Source: Candidatus Zhuqueibacterota bacterium (GTDB taxonomy: Bacteria; Zhuqueibacterota; Zhuqueibacteria; Thermofontimicrobiales; Thermofontimicrobiaceae). Taken from it: a DNA stretch of 64,000 nt. The first letter of the stretch is position 1, and the number at the start of each line of letters is the position of its first letter. Positions 51,632 to 60,403 of this stretch are shown here, piece after piece. The notes under the pieces are model-generated. The model saw nothing but the letters and a program-made list of their open reading frames with translations. It ran no database searches and had not been told where the DNA came from. Location of the stretch: the NCBI GenBank assembly GCA_049322915.1, contig JBMOPW010000002.1:73473-137472 (forward strand), given 5' to 3'. Position numbers and translations under genes: made by a program.

Positions 51632-54600
51632 CTATTTGTAATCTTCCAGAAACGCTGCGACTGTTTTGGTATAAGGATGCCCCTCGCCGAGCCTCGCGAG
51701 AAGTGTGGCGTGCGCCTGACGCCATAACGACACGGCGCGCTCCGCGTCTCCCAGGTCTCGATAGACCGTAGCCAGATTGGACTGGTCAACGGCCACGGTG
51801 GGATGTCCCTCGCCGAAATGTTTTATAGCCGCGTCCAGCGCGGCCTCGAGCAGGTCTCTGGCTCGCTCGTAATCGCCCAGGTCTTGACAGACCAGGGCCA
51901 GATTGGACTGGCGAGTGGCCACGGTGGGATGCCCCTCGCCGAAATGTTTGATAGCCGCGTCCAGCGCGGCCTCGAGCAGGTCTCTGGCTCGCTCATACTC
52001 ACCCAGGGCTTGATAGACCAGGGCCAGATTGGACTGGGCAATGGCCACGGTGGGATGTCCCTCGCCGAAATGTTTGATATCCGCGGCCAGCGCGGCCTCG
52101 AGCAGGTCTCTGGCTCGCTCGTACTCGCCCAGGTCTTTACAGACCAGGGCCAGATTGGACTGGCGAGTGGCCACGGTGGGATGCCCCTCGCCGAAATGTT
52201 TGATAGCCGCGTCCAGCGCGGCCTCGAGCAGGTCTCTGGCTCGCTCCGCATTTCCCAGGTCTTTATAGACCGTAGCCAGATTGGACTGGTCAACGGCCAC
52301 GGTGGGATGTCCCTCGCCGAAATGTTTTATAGCCGCGTCCAGCGCGGCCTCGAGCAGGTCTCTGGCTCGCTCGTACTCGCCCAGGTCTTTACAGACCAGG
52401 GCCAGATTGGACTGGCTAGTGGCCACGTTGGGATGTCCCTCGCCGAAATGTTTTATATTCGCGGCCAGCGCGGCCTCGAGCAGGTCTCTGGCTCGCTCCG
52501 CATTTCCCAGGTCTTTATAGACCGTAGCCAGATTGGACTGGTCAACGGCCACGGTGGGATGTCCCTCGCCGAAATGTTTGATATCCGCGGCCAGCGCGGC
52601 CTCGAGCAGGTCTCTGGCTCGCTCGTACTCGCCCAGGTCTTTACAGACCAGGGCCAGATTGGACTGGCTAGTGGCCACGTTGGGATGTCCCTCGCCGAAA
52701 TGTTTTATATTCGCGGCCAGCGCGGCCTCGAGCAGGTCTCTGGCTCGCCCGTAATCGCCCAGGTCTTGACAGACCAGCGCCAGATTGGACTGGTGAGTGG
52801 CCACAGTGGGATGCTCCTTGCCGAAATGTTTGATATCCGCGGCCAGCGCGGCCTCGAGCAGGTCTCTGGCTCGCTCGTACTCGCCCAGGTCTTGACAGAC
52901 CGCAGCCAGAATGGACTGGTCAATGGCCACGTTGGGATGTCCATCGCCGAAATGTTTAATATCCGCGGCCAGCGCGGCCTCGAGCAGGTCTCTGGCTTGC
53001 CCGTAATCGCCCAGGTCTTGACAGACCAGAGCCAGATTGGACTGACGAGTGGCCACGGTGGGATGGTCCTCGCCGAAATGTTTTAAATCCGCGGCCAGCG
53101 CGGCCTCGAGCAGGTCTCTGGCTCGCCCGTACTCGCCCAGGTCTTTACAGACCAGCGCCAGATTGGACTGACATTTGGCTACGGTGGGATGTCCCTGGCC
53201 GAAATGCTTTATATTCGCAGCCAGCGCGGCCTCGAGCAGGTCTCTGGCTCGCCCGTAATCGCCCAATTCTTTATAGACCAGAGCCAGATTGTTTTTGAGT
53301 TTGGCTAGTTCATTCGGGAATCGCTCCCCAGCCCGGTCCACAATGGCTCGGCCCGGGGGTATGTATTGAAATTTTTCGACCGGGTTATCTTTTGTCCGGT
53401 CAATTGCCAGTAAGCCGGAAACGCTCTCGCAGAGGGACGCAATATCGTCCCAGGCGACCGTCACCTGGGGCGCCAGGGCCTCGGCCAGGACCGGGTGCAT
53501 TTTATAACTGTCCTGCGCCGCGTCGTACTGGACCAGGCCGCGCTCGTGCAGGTTCACCGCAGTCGCGGCGAATTCGTCCCGCCAATCCAGTTTATCCGCC
53601 TGCGCCAGTTTTACCAGCGTCCCATAGTCCAGCCATTCATTGGGCAGAAACAGGAACTGTTTGAGCAGATGCAATTCCTGCGGCGAGCAGCCGGCCAGGT
53701 TGCAAATGGATACGAGATAGGATTTGACCCGCTCTATTTTCTGATACTGGCTGTGCCGCGTCTCAATATCGGTCCTGGCGTCCTGCGGCAGGGCGTCCAT
53801 GACGCGGTCGTAGCTCCATCGGAATTTTTGCGCGGATCTGGCCAGGATTTCAATGGTCAGGGTGTGGTATTCCACCCGCTTCACAATGGCCCGCACGTCC
53901 GCGTCGCTGAAGCGATGGGCGTGCCGGGTGAAGAGCCGGCAGGCTTCGTCCTCCGGCAGGAAATCCAGAGGGATCGTGTGGAACGGGGCAATGGCATTGC
54001 GGGACGTTGCCAGCACGTGGCAGCCGGGCGCTTTGGGCAGCGCGTCAAAATGCCGGGCCAGATTGGGCGCGGCGTTATCCAGCACCAGCAGCAGGGGTCT
54101 GCGGCTTTGCAGAGTGCGCAGCGCGTTCAGGCAGGCGCTGAACTGATGCTCCGGCGGAATGTCCAGCAGGCGCAGATTGGTCAGCAGTTCGTAATTGGCA
54201 GCAATGGCCTGTTCCAGGTCCGTCTCCACTGTCAGCCAGGCGATGTGATCGTAATCGCCGTAGAAAGCGTCGACGTAGACCATGGCCAGGGTGGTCTTGC
54301 CAATGCCGCCCATGCCGTTCACCAGCACGGTCTGTTGGTGGTTCAGCAGCGCGGTTCGCAGGGCAGCCAAATCAGCCTCGCGCCCGACAATATCCTGTCG
54401 CGGCATGCGCGGCACCCGGGTCAGTTCTTTGGGGATGGCTGCCGGCCCGGGATGGAAGCGGGAGAGGATATTCAGAATGGCGTCCAGCTTGTCCGTGTTG
54501 CGGAAAATCTGTTCGCGGTAATTCTCCTCCAGCGCCAGCTTTTTCAATTCGGCGTCGGCCAATCGCCGCGCTTCGAAAATGGCCAGGAAGTCGGTCAACT

Positions 54601-54922
54601 GCTTTTCAGTCGGCCGGAGAATTTTGTCGTGCCAGCGCAGCGTCTCCTGCAGCCGGGGGACGTCCACGTCATGGGCATCAGCGCCGAACAGCCGTATTTT
54701 CAACAGCGCTTCGAGGAAGACCCGGGATTGATAGAACGGATATTTCCCGTCCGACTCGGCGATGGGGGAGCGGGCCTGGTATTCGTCAATGGCGGCATCG
54801 ATGACGCGCGCCAGCCGTTTTTCGAATGTCTTCGGTTTGGTGAAAATCTTGTCCAGCTTTTTGCTGATTGCGTAGGAGGCCAGTTCTTTGGCAACGAACA
54901 AGCCGATTGTTTCGATGATCAT
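51632..54922 (-). CDS. NLR-like STAND (NB-ARC-type) ATPase with 13 C-terminal 42-aa TPR repeats
   Basis: IVGREADL, Walker A GMGGIGKTT, Walker B LLVLDN, ATSR, MHD-like YKMHP; repeats SNLALV..DLG.Y.RARDLLEAAL...KHFGEGHP. Confidence 0.92.
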   Translation of the reverse strand: MIIETIGLFVAKELASYAISKKLDKIFTKPKTFEKRLARVIDAAIDEYQARSPIAESDGKYPFYQSRVFLEALLKIRLFGADAHDVDVPRLQETLRWHDKILRPTEKQLTDFLAIFEARRLADAELKKLALEENYREQIFRNTDKLDAILNILSRFHPGPAAIPKELTRVPRMPRQDIVGREADLAALRTALLNHQQTVLVNGMGGIGKTTLAMVYVDAFYGDYDHIAWLTVETDLEQAIAANYELLTNLRLLDIPPEHQFSACLNALRTLQSRRPLLLVLDNAAPNLARHFDALPKAPGCHVLATSRNAIAPFHTIPLDFLPEDEACRLFTRHAHRFSDADVRAIVKRVEYHTLTIEILARSAQKFRWSYDRVMDALPQDARTDIETRHSQYQKIERVKSYLVSICNLAGCSPQELHLLKQFLFLPNEWLDYGTLVKLAQADKLDWRDEFAATAVNLHERGLVQYDAAQDSYKMHPVLAEALAPQVTVAWDDIASLCESVSGLLAIDRTKDNPVEKFQYIPPGRAIVDRAGERFPNELAKLKNNLALVYKELGDYGRARDLLEAALAANIKHFGQGHPTVAKCQSNLALVCKDLGEYGRARDLLEAALAADLKHFGEDHPTVATRQSNLALVCQDLGDYGQARDLLEAALAADIKHFGDGHPNVAIDQSILAAVCQDLGEYERARDLLEAALAADIKHFGKEHPTVATHQSNLALVCQDLGDYGRARDLLEAALAANIKHFGEGHPNVATSQSNLALVCKDLGEYERARDLLEAALAADIKHFGEGHPTVAVDQSNLATVYKDLGNAERARDLLEAALAANIKHFGEGHPNVATSQSNLALVCKDLGEYERARDLLEAALDAAIKHFGEGHPTVAVDQSNLATVYKDLGNAERARDLLEAALDAAIKHFGEGHPTVATRQSNLALVCKDLGEYERARDLLEAALAADIKHFGEGHPTVAIAQSNLALVYQALGEYERARDLLEAALDAAIKHFGEGHPTVATRQSNLALVCQDLGDYERARDLLEAALDAAIKHFGEGHPTVAVDQSNLATVYRDLGDAERAVSLWRQAHATLLARLGEGHPYTKTVAAFLEDYK
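51674..53311 (-). repeat. Coding tandem repeat, 13 x 126 bp (TPR)
   Basis: Invariant block ccagcgcggcctcgagcaggtctctggct recurs at a 126-bp period; span is 13 x 126. Confidence 0.95.
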
Positions 54923-55107
54923 CCGCTGTCCCTTCCTGGTTTGTGCGCGAATCTGTCCGATCTCCCGGGGCTGCTGTTCCCGAGCCAGGCATGGCAGAAA
55001 CGCGCCGTAGTTTTTTTGCGCGAGCGTCGTTTCGTGGCGAATATTCTATCAACCAATAAAAGATATTTTTCCAAAAATGCAAGGGAAAAAAACAGCCCTG
55101 AAATAAA

Positions 55108-55550
55108 TGTGGAGCGCTCCACTATTTTCTTTGAATCGCTCCGCTCATCAGAGCGGCCCTGAATTTATAATGAATGATCGCGCTGGATATGTATCCAGCG
55201 CCGGGAATAAATTGGAACGTCTGTTCCAACCGGGATGAACATCCCGAACAATCGGTATCTGTTTAATTTGTTGGAGCGCATTTCCTTTATGGAATGCGCG
55301 CATGCTGCGATGCATAAAGGCATCGCACGCCAAAATTTCCTTTGAATAGCTCCGCTCTTCAGAGCGGAGAACTCGGTGAACCAGCCGACGAACCCGGGCT
55401 TCAGCCCTGAATCAATAATGAATGATCGCGCAGGATATGTATCCAGCGCCGGGAATAAATTAGAACGTCTGTTCCTGAAGACGCTGGTGAACCCACGACA
55501 CATCGTGGTATTGGTACAATGTTGAACCAGCGCCATGCTTCAGCATGGTG
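55108..55550. repeat. Cluster of REP-like hairpins with an internal ~70-bp duplication
   Basis: ccgctcttcagagcgg, gggcttcagccc, ccatgcttcagcatgg, cgctggatatgtatccagcg; 55157-55227 repeated at 55405-55475; doublet at 55272-55332. Confidence 0.75.
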
Positions 55551-55571
55551 ATATTCTCCAAATTTTTCACA

Positions 55572-55600
55572 TTGCATTATTCGGAGCGATGTTGTATATT
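55572..55600 (+). promoter_or_regulatory. Putative sigma70 promoter of the PPIase-radical SAM gene
   Basis: TTGCAT-N17-TATATT. Confidence 0.55.
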
Positions 55601-55675
55601 AGTTCAACCTTGAAGGAAATGGGCGCCGTCCAACCGACGGACACCCATCACGCGTCGCAATGACTGGAGTCTGCC

Positions 55676-57715
55676 ATGCCTGTGATCGTCAATGGAGAAT
55701 TCATTGAACCGGTTTTCATCCGCGAGGAAATGAATCGCCTGCGCCCCGGTTACGTGCGGCTGTTTCAGGATCAGTCACCGGAAGAACAGGAGGCGCAGCT
55801 CCGGGACTGGGCCACGGAGAACGTGATCGAACGGACGCTGATCTGGCAGGAAGCGCAGAAACAAAATATCCCGGTGACGCCGCAGCAGGTGGCAGAGGCG
55901 TTTCAGCACCTGGTGGAATCTGATGGCGGCGAGGAGGATTTTTTCACCCGGCGCGGATTGACCTGCCGGGACGTCGCGCAGGAAGTGGAGATGAAACTGC
56001 GCGTGGACCTGTTTCTGGAAGCGCTCACCCGCGATGTGAAAAGGCCGTCCCCGGACCAGGCCAGGAAATTCTACCTGAGCCATCTCGAAATGTTTCGCAT
56101 ACCTGAAATGGTGCGGGCGGCGCACATCGTCAAAACGGTGGACGATACCCATGGCGAGGACGAGGCGCTGCGGGCGATTCAGGCCATCGAGAGGGAATTG
56201 CGGGACGGACGGCCCTTCGGGGAAATTGCGGACAGGGAGTCCGATTGTCCCGGCAATGGGGGAGACCTGGGCTATTTCACCCGCGGCGAGATGACGCCGG
56301 AATTCGAGCAGCACGTCTTCTCGCTGAGCATCGGCGAAGTGAGCCCGATTTTCCGCACTGTGTTCGGATTTCACATCGCGCGCGTCACGGATAAGGAAGT
56401 CGGACGGCCTGCGGAATTCGACGCCGTGAAAGATACCATCATCCACCAGCTTTACGATGACGCCCGGACAACGCTGCTGGAGCAGTTCGTGGATCGGTTG
56501 AAAGAGACTGCACGCATCGACATTCTGCCGGACGCACCGGATTCGGCGGAGATTTTTTTCAGACAGGCGATGAAAACAGGGTCAGGCGACGCATCAGCTC
56601 AACCGCGAAAGCGTCTCGATTCGCTGCTCATCAAGCCGGCCGGGCCTGACTGCAACATGGCTTGCGCCTATTGCTTTTATCTCGGCAAGGATGCGTTATT
56701 TCCGGGCGTGAAAATTCACCGCATGTCCGATGATGTGCTGCGGGAAACGACGCGGCAGGCCATGGCCCGGAGCGACGGGCGCATCCATTTCACCTGGCAG
56801 GGCGGAGAGCCGACGCTGGCCGGACGTGCGTTCTTCGAACGCGCCGTGCAATATCAGGCGGAATACAGCCGCGGCGCAACTGCGGGAAACGGCCTGCAAA
56901 CCAATGGCATCCTGATCGATTCCGGCTGGGCGAAATTTCTGATGGAGCATCGCTTCCTGGTCGGGCTGTCGCTGGACGGCCCGGAACATATTCACGATAC
57001 ATATCGTCTCACTTGCAGCGGCGCAGGAACGTGGTCGCGCGTCGCCGATAGCGCCAAACGAATGCTGGATAGCGGCGTGTCGGTGAATGCACTGTCCGTG
57101 GTGACAGATTATGCGGCGCAATTCCCTGAGGAAATTTACGCTTCGCATAAGGCGCTGGGTTTAAACTACATGCAATTCATCCCGTGCATGGAAGCCGATC
57201 CTCGGGACGCCTCAAAACCGGCAGATTACTCGGTTTCGCCGCAGGCCTACGGGATATTTTTATGCGCGCTGTTCGATCTGTGGCGCGCTGATTTCATGGA
57301 TGGAAAACCAACGACGTCGATTCGCCATTTCGATTCCCTGGTGTACAGCTTTGCCGGATTGCCGGCGCCGGCATGCGAACTGCGCGCCACGTGCGGGGAG
57401 TACGTGGTTGTCGAACACACCGGTGACGTCTACTCCTGTGATTTTTTCGTCGAACCGGCGTGGAACCTGGGCAATGTGCAGGAAGGCCGATTGATCGACA
57501 TGCTGAATTCGGAGCGGCAGCATGAATTTGGACAGATCAAAGCAAAGACGCCGGACGGGTGCGCGGCCTGCCCGTGGTTGCAGCATTGCCGGGGCGGGTG
57601 TCCCAAATATCGCGACACTGCGGGCGCATCGTATTTCTGCGCCTCGTACACCATGTTGTTCAATCACGCGCACGATCACCTGGCGCAATTGGCCGATGCA
57701 TTGAAACCGAGGTGA
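55676..57715 (+). CDS. Fusion: parvulin (PpiC/NifM-like) PPIase + anaerobic sulfatase maturase-type radical SAM/SPASM
   Basis: VRAAHIV, GGDLGYFTRGEMTPEFE, TVFGFHI; then LIKPAGPDCNMACAYCFY, WQGGEP, QTNG, SLDGP, SPASM cysteines (YSCD, CAACPWLQHCRGGCP, YFC). Confidence 0.85.
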   Translation: MPVIVNGEFIEPVFIREEMNRLRPGYVRLFQDQSPEEQEAQLRDWATENVIERTLIWQEAQKQNIPVTPQQVAEAFQHLVESDGGEEDFFTRRGLTCRDVAQEVEMKLRVDLFLEALTRDVKRPSPDQARKFYLSHLEMFRIPEMVRAAHIVKTVDDTHGEDEALRAIQAIERELRDGRPFGEIADRESDCPGNGGDLGYFTRGEMTPEFEQHVFSLSIGEVSPIFRTVFGFHIARVTDKEVGRPAEFDAVKDTIIHQLYDDARTTLLEQFVDRLKETARIDILPDAPDSAEIFFRQAMKTGSGDASAQPRKRLDSLLIKPAGPDCNMACAYCFYLGKDALFPGVKIHRMSDDVLRETTRQAMARSDGRIHFTWQGGEPTLAGRAFFERAVQYQAEYSRGATAGNGLQTNGILIDSGWAKFLMEHRFLVGLSLDGPEHIHDTYRLTCSGAGTWSRVADSAKRMLDSGVSVNALSVVTDYAAQFPEEIYASHKALGLNYMQFIPCMEADPRDASKPADYSVSPQAYGIFLCALFDLWRADFMDGKPTTSIRHFDSLVYSFAGLPAPACELRATCGEYVVVEHTGDVYSCDFFVEPAWNLGNVQEGRLIDMLNSERQHEFGQIKAKTPDGCAACPWLQHCRGGCPKYRDTAGASYFCASYTMLFNHAHDHLAQLADALKPR

Positions 57716-57841
57716 CAGACGCTCCGCAGCGGGGAAGATGATCCCGCAGAGCGCGATTCGGACGCGTGAAGCGCTGGCAATTTATCCGAAAGCGGGGCAA
57801 CGGCCCCGGCACGAAGCAGACAAACATTGAGGTGCGACATC

Positions 57842-60265
57842 ATGATAAAACACAAATTTCTTTTTCGAATGGCGCTGGCGACGATCCTTCTGGCGTTCGT
57901 CGGCTCGAGCATAGGTCAACTGGACGAGCGTTTCGGCGCCAAAGGCGTTGAAGCCACCCAGTTTTTAGGTCAGAAAGGGCTGGTCTGGTACAAGGACTGG
58001 GAGGATTCCTATCTGCCGGAGAATTTTCCTCCGGTCAATAAACAGAAAATCTGGACAGTCGGTAAAATCGATTACCGGACCGACGATCTGGGCATGGATT
58101 ACCGCTGGATCCTTCTCGATCTGTTGGAAAAGAACGATGATGATTTCCTGCAGAGTTTGCTCAATCTGAGCCTGACCGTGGTGGACTCGAATATCGTGCC
58201 GGTCATTGGCGAATACTGGGAGACCAACCGGCCGTTGCTGGAGACCCTGATCGAGGATACGCTGGACAATTTTGAATTCACGGAAAAAATGGTGGGGATA
58301 AAATACCGGGCCACGGCGAAAAATACAGACATGGCTTTTCAGGAGCAGTTGCCGCAAATGACGCTGTCCGTGGCTTCGGACACGATTCATTTCAAAACCA
58401 ATTTCTCGGCGCTCTGGAAAACGCACATCTATATCGATGCGTGGATTTTTAATCCCAATCCGTTCAACTGGGGCTATCATTGGGAAGATGTGGGCGACGC
58501 CAACTGCAATTTCGAGACCACAGTGCATATTTACGGCACGATTGTTCTCGACGGAGCCGGCCGCGAACGCTGCCTGCACGTGAAAAAAGTGGTGGCGGAT
58601 GCCATCACCGAATCGGATATTGACTGGTCGCTGCTCGGCATTTCGTTCACCTGGGAAGGCCTGTCCGATGAAATCGAGCAACTCGTGGACAGCGAGCTCG
58701 AAGACGCCATGATCGGGGAACTCAACAAAGAGCCTATCACGTCGCCCTACTATCTGGTCGATCTGTTCGATTCGCTCTTTTCCGACGAGGTCGTGCCGAC
58801 GCAGCAGGAAATTCTCGACAGAATTTATGAAGGCGAGAAGAATTATATCCAGCGCGTATTCCGCAACGAAGCGAGCGAACGGAGCTACTGGTCCATCGGC
58901 TATGAGCCAAACTGGCTGCCGCTGTTATCCCCTGAACAATACGCGGCGTATTACACGAAATATTATCGGCTCATCAAAAGCCACAGTTCCAGCGCCAGAA
59001 TTTTAGGGCCGTCGCTTTTGCTCACGTCGGCCATCGAAAATCCCGGGGAAGCGGCCTGGCACTACATTCCTGAGCTGTTCCGCAGCATCCTCGGCGCGTT
59101 GGAGGAAGATTTCAAAAATCTTGTCATGTCCTATTTCGAGCAGACGGATTGCAAGGCCTGGTACACCGAGTTCCTGGCTGCGCTGCCGCCGGACGTCAGC
59201 GTCGATATCAATGATTTTCACGTCTTTCCCATGAACGCGGAAAGTGAGGCGGTCAATTGGGACAGCCTCCGCGCGAAAATGGATGGCATGGCTGTGTTCA
59301 TGCGCAATGCCAGCGGCGCCGATGACGTGTGGGTATCGGAATTCGGCAATGGCGACTCGCGCCGAACCGTGGACGAGGTGGCTGAACTATGCCACGGATT
59401 CTGCCAGTATTTCAAGACGAATACCGTGGGCATCGATAAATGGTTCTGGTACACTGCCAAAGGAACCAGCCCATTCTACGATATTCCGCTCACGCCGAAA
59501 CCGCCCATCAGCGCGCTGCTGGATAAAAGCAACCGTCTGACCAAAATCGGCGAGGCTTATCTGAAGGAAGCGGACAATACGCCGGCCGTGATGATTGCTG
59601 CGCCGGGCGATGAAGGCGCCGTGGCCAGCGCCAGCCGCGTGTTGTTTCACTGGGATGCGGCCCGGGAATTCGATACCGGCGTGGCGGACTACCGCCTGGA
59701 AGTGAAAGCCGTGCCTGGCGATACGGTCATTTTCAACGGCTGGGTGGGCAGCGACACCAGTCACGCCATCACCTGCACGGTGTCGGATAAAAAATTGTAC
59801 GCCCGTGTCGCGGCCAAAAACGGAGCCGGGCTGATTGGCGCGTGGTCTGACTGGAGCGATGGCATCCTCGTCCGGGTGAAGCATGACGACGGCATGGAAC
59901 TGGCTGGCGATTCGGAATCGGAAACGATCAGCGAGTCGAGCCAGCACACGGAGGAATCCGAAACGCCGGAGATCCGCTCCGCGCCGGAATCCTATCGATT
60001 GGGGCAGAATTATCCCAACCCCTTCAACGCATCAACGGCCATTTCCTATCAACTGCCGGAGGCGGCATTTGTGACGATCAAAATTTACAACACCCGCGGC
60101 GAAGAGGTGAAAACGCTGGCGCACGGACAACAGCCTGGCGCGTTTTACACCGTGCACTGGGACGGTCGGGACAATGCCGGCAATTCCGTCGCCGGCGGCG
60201 TCTACATCTGCGCCCTGCGCGCCGGGAATTTTTCAGCCAGCATCAGGATGGTCGTTTTGAAATGA
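57842..60265 (+). CDS. Secreted glycoside-hydrolase-like (clan A TIM barrel) protein with a large insertion, FN3-like and FlgD-Ig/secretion-tail domains
   Basis: Signal peptide; WSIGYEPN, ARILGP, DFHVF, VWVSEFG, WFWY; ARVAAKNGAG..GAWS; QNYPNPFN...WDGRDNAG. Confidence 0.65.
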   Translation: MIKHKFLFRMALATILLAFVGSSIGQLDERFGAKGVEATQFLGQKGLVWYKDWEDSYLPENFPPVNKQKIWTVGKIDYRTDDLGMDYRWILLDLLEKNDDDFLQSLLNLSLTVVDSNIVPVIGEYWETNRPLLETLIEDTLDNFEFTEKMVGIKYRATAKNTDMAFQEQLPQMTLSVASDTIHFKTNFSALWKTHIYIDAWIFNPNPFNWGYHWEDVGDANCNFETTVHIYGTIVLDGAGRERCLHVKKVVADAITESDIDWSLLGISFTWEGLSDEIEQLVDSELEDAMIGELNKEPITSPYYLVDLFDSLFSDEVVPTQQEILDRIYEGEKNYIQRVFRNEASERSYWSIGYEPNWLPLLSPEQYAAYYTKYYRLIKSHSSSARILGPSLLLTSAIENPGEAAWHYIPELFRSILGALEEDFKNLVMSYFEQTDCKAWYTEFLAALPPDVSVDINDFHVFPMNAESEAVNWDSLRAKMDGMAVFMRNASGADDVWVSEFGNGDSRRTVDEVAELCHGFCQYFKTNTVGIDKWFWYTAKGTSPFYDIPLTPKPPISALLDKSNRLTKIGEAYLKEADNTPAVMIAAPGDEGAVASASRVLFHWDAAREFDTGVADYRLEVKAVPGDTVIFNGWVGSDTSHAITCTVSDKKLYARVAAKNGAGLIGAWSDWSDGILVRVKHDDGMELAGDSESETISESSQHTEESETPEIRSAPESYRLGQNYPNPFNASTAISYQLPEAAFVTIKIYNTRGEEVKTLAHGQQPGAFYTVHWDGRDNAGNSVAGGVYICALRAGNFSASIRMVVLK

Positions 60266-60403
60266 AGCAGCAGGAACGCGAACAGTTTCAGCGCCGCGAC
60301 AGGGAGGGCATCGCTGTCGCGGCGAATTGCAGGTTGGCCGACAATTGACCCGTGATGTTTTCACAGTCACGTATGAATCAGATTCGTATTTCACATTCGA
60401 ATT

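Noticed and set aside
51674..53311. CRISPR-like periodicity
   Set aside because: The 126-bp period equals 42-aa TPR units within an intact ORF
51803..55162. Long plus-strand ORFs 51803-53086 and 53495-55162
   Set aside because: Antisense shadows of the GC-rich, repetitive STAND-TPR gene
54930..55670. RiPP precursor peptide for the SPASM enzyme
   Set aside because: The short ORFs here are translations of REP-like repeats, with no clear RBS or precursor-like composition
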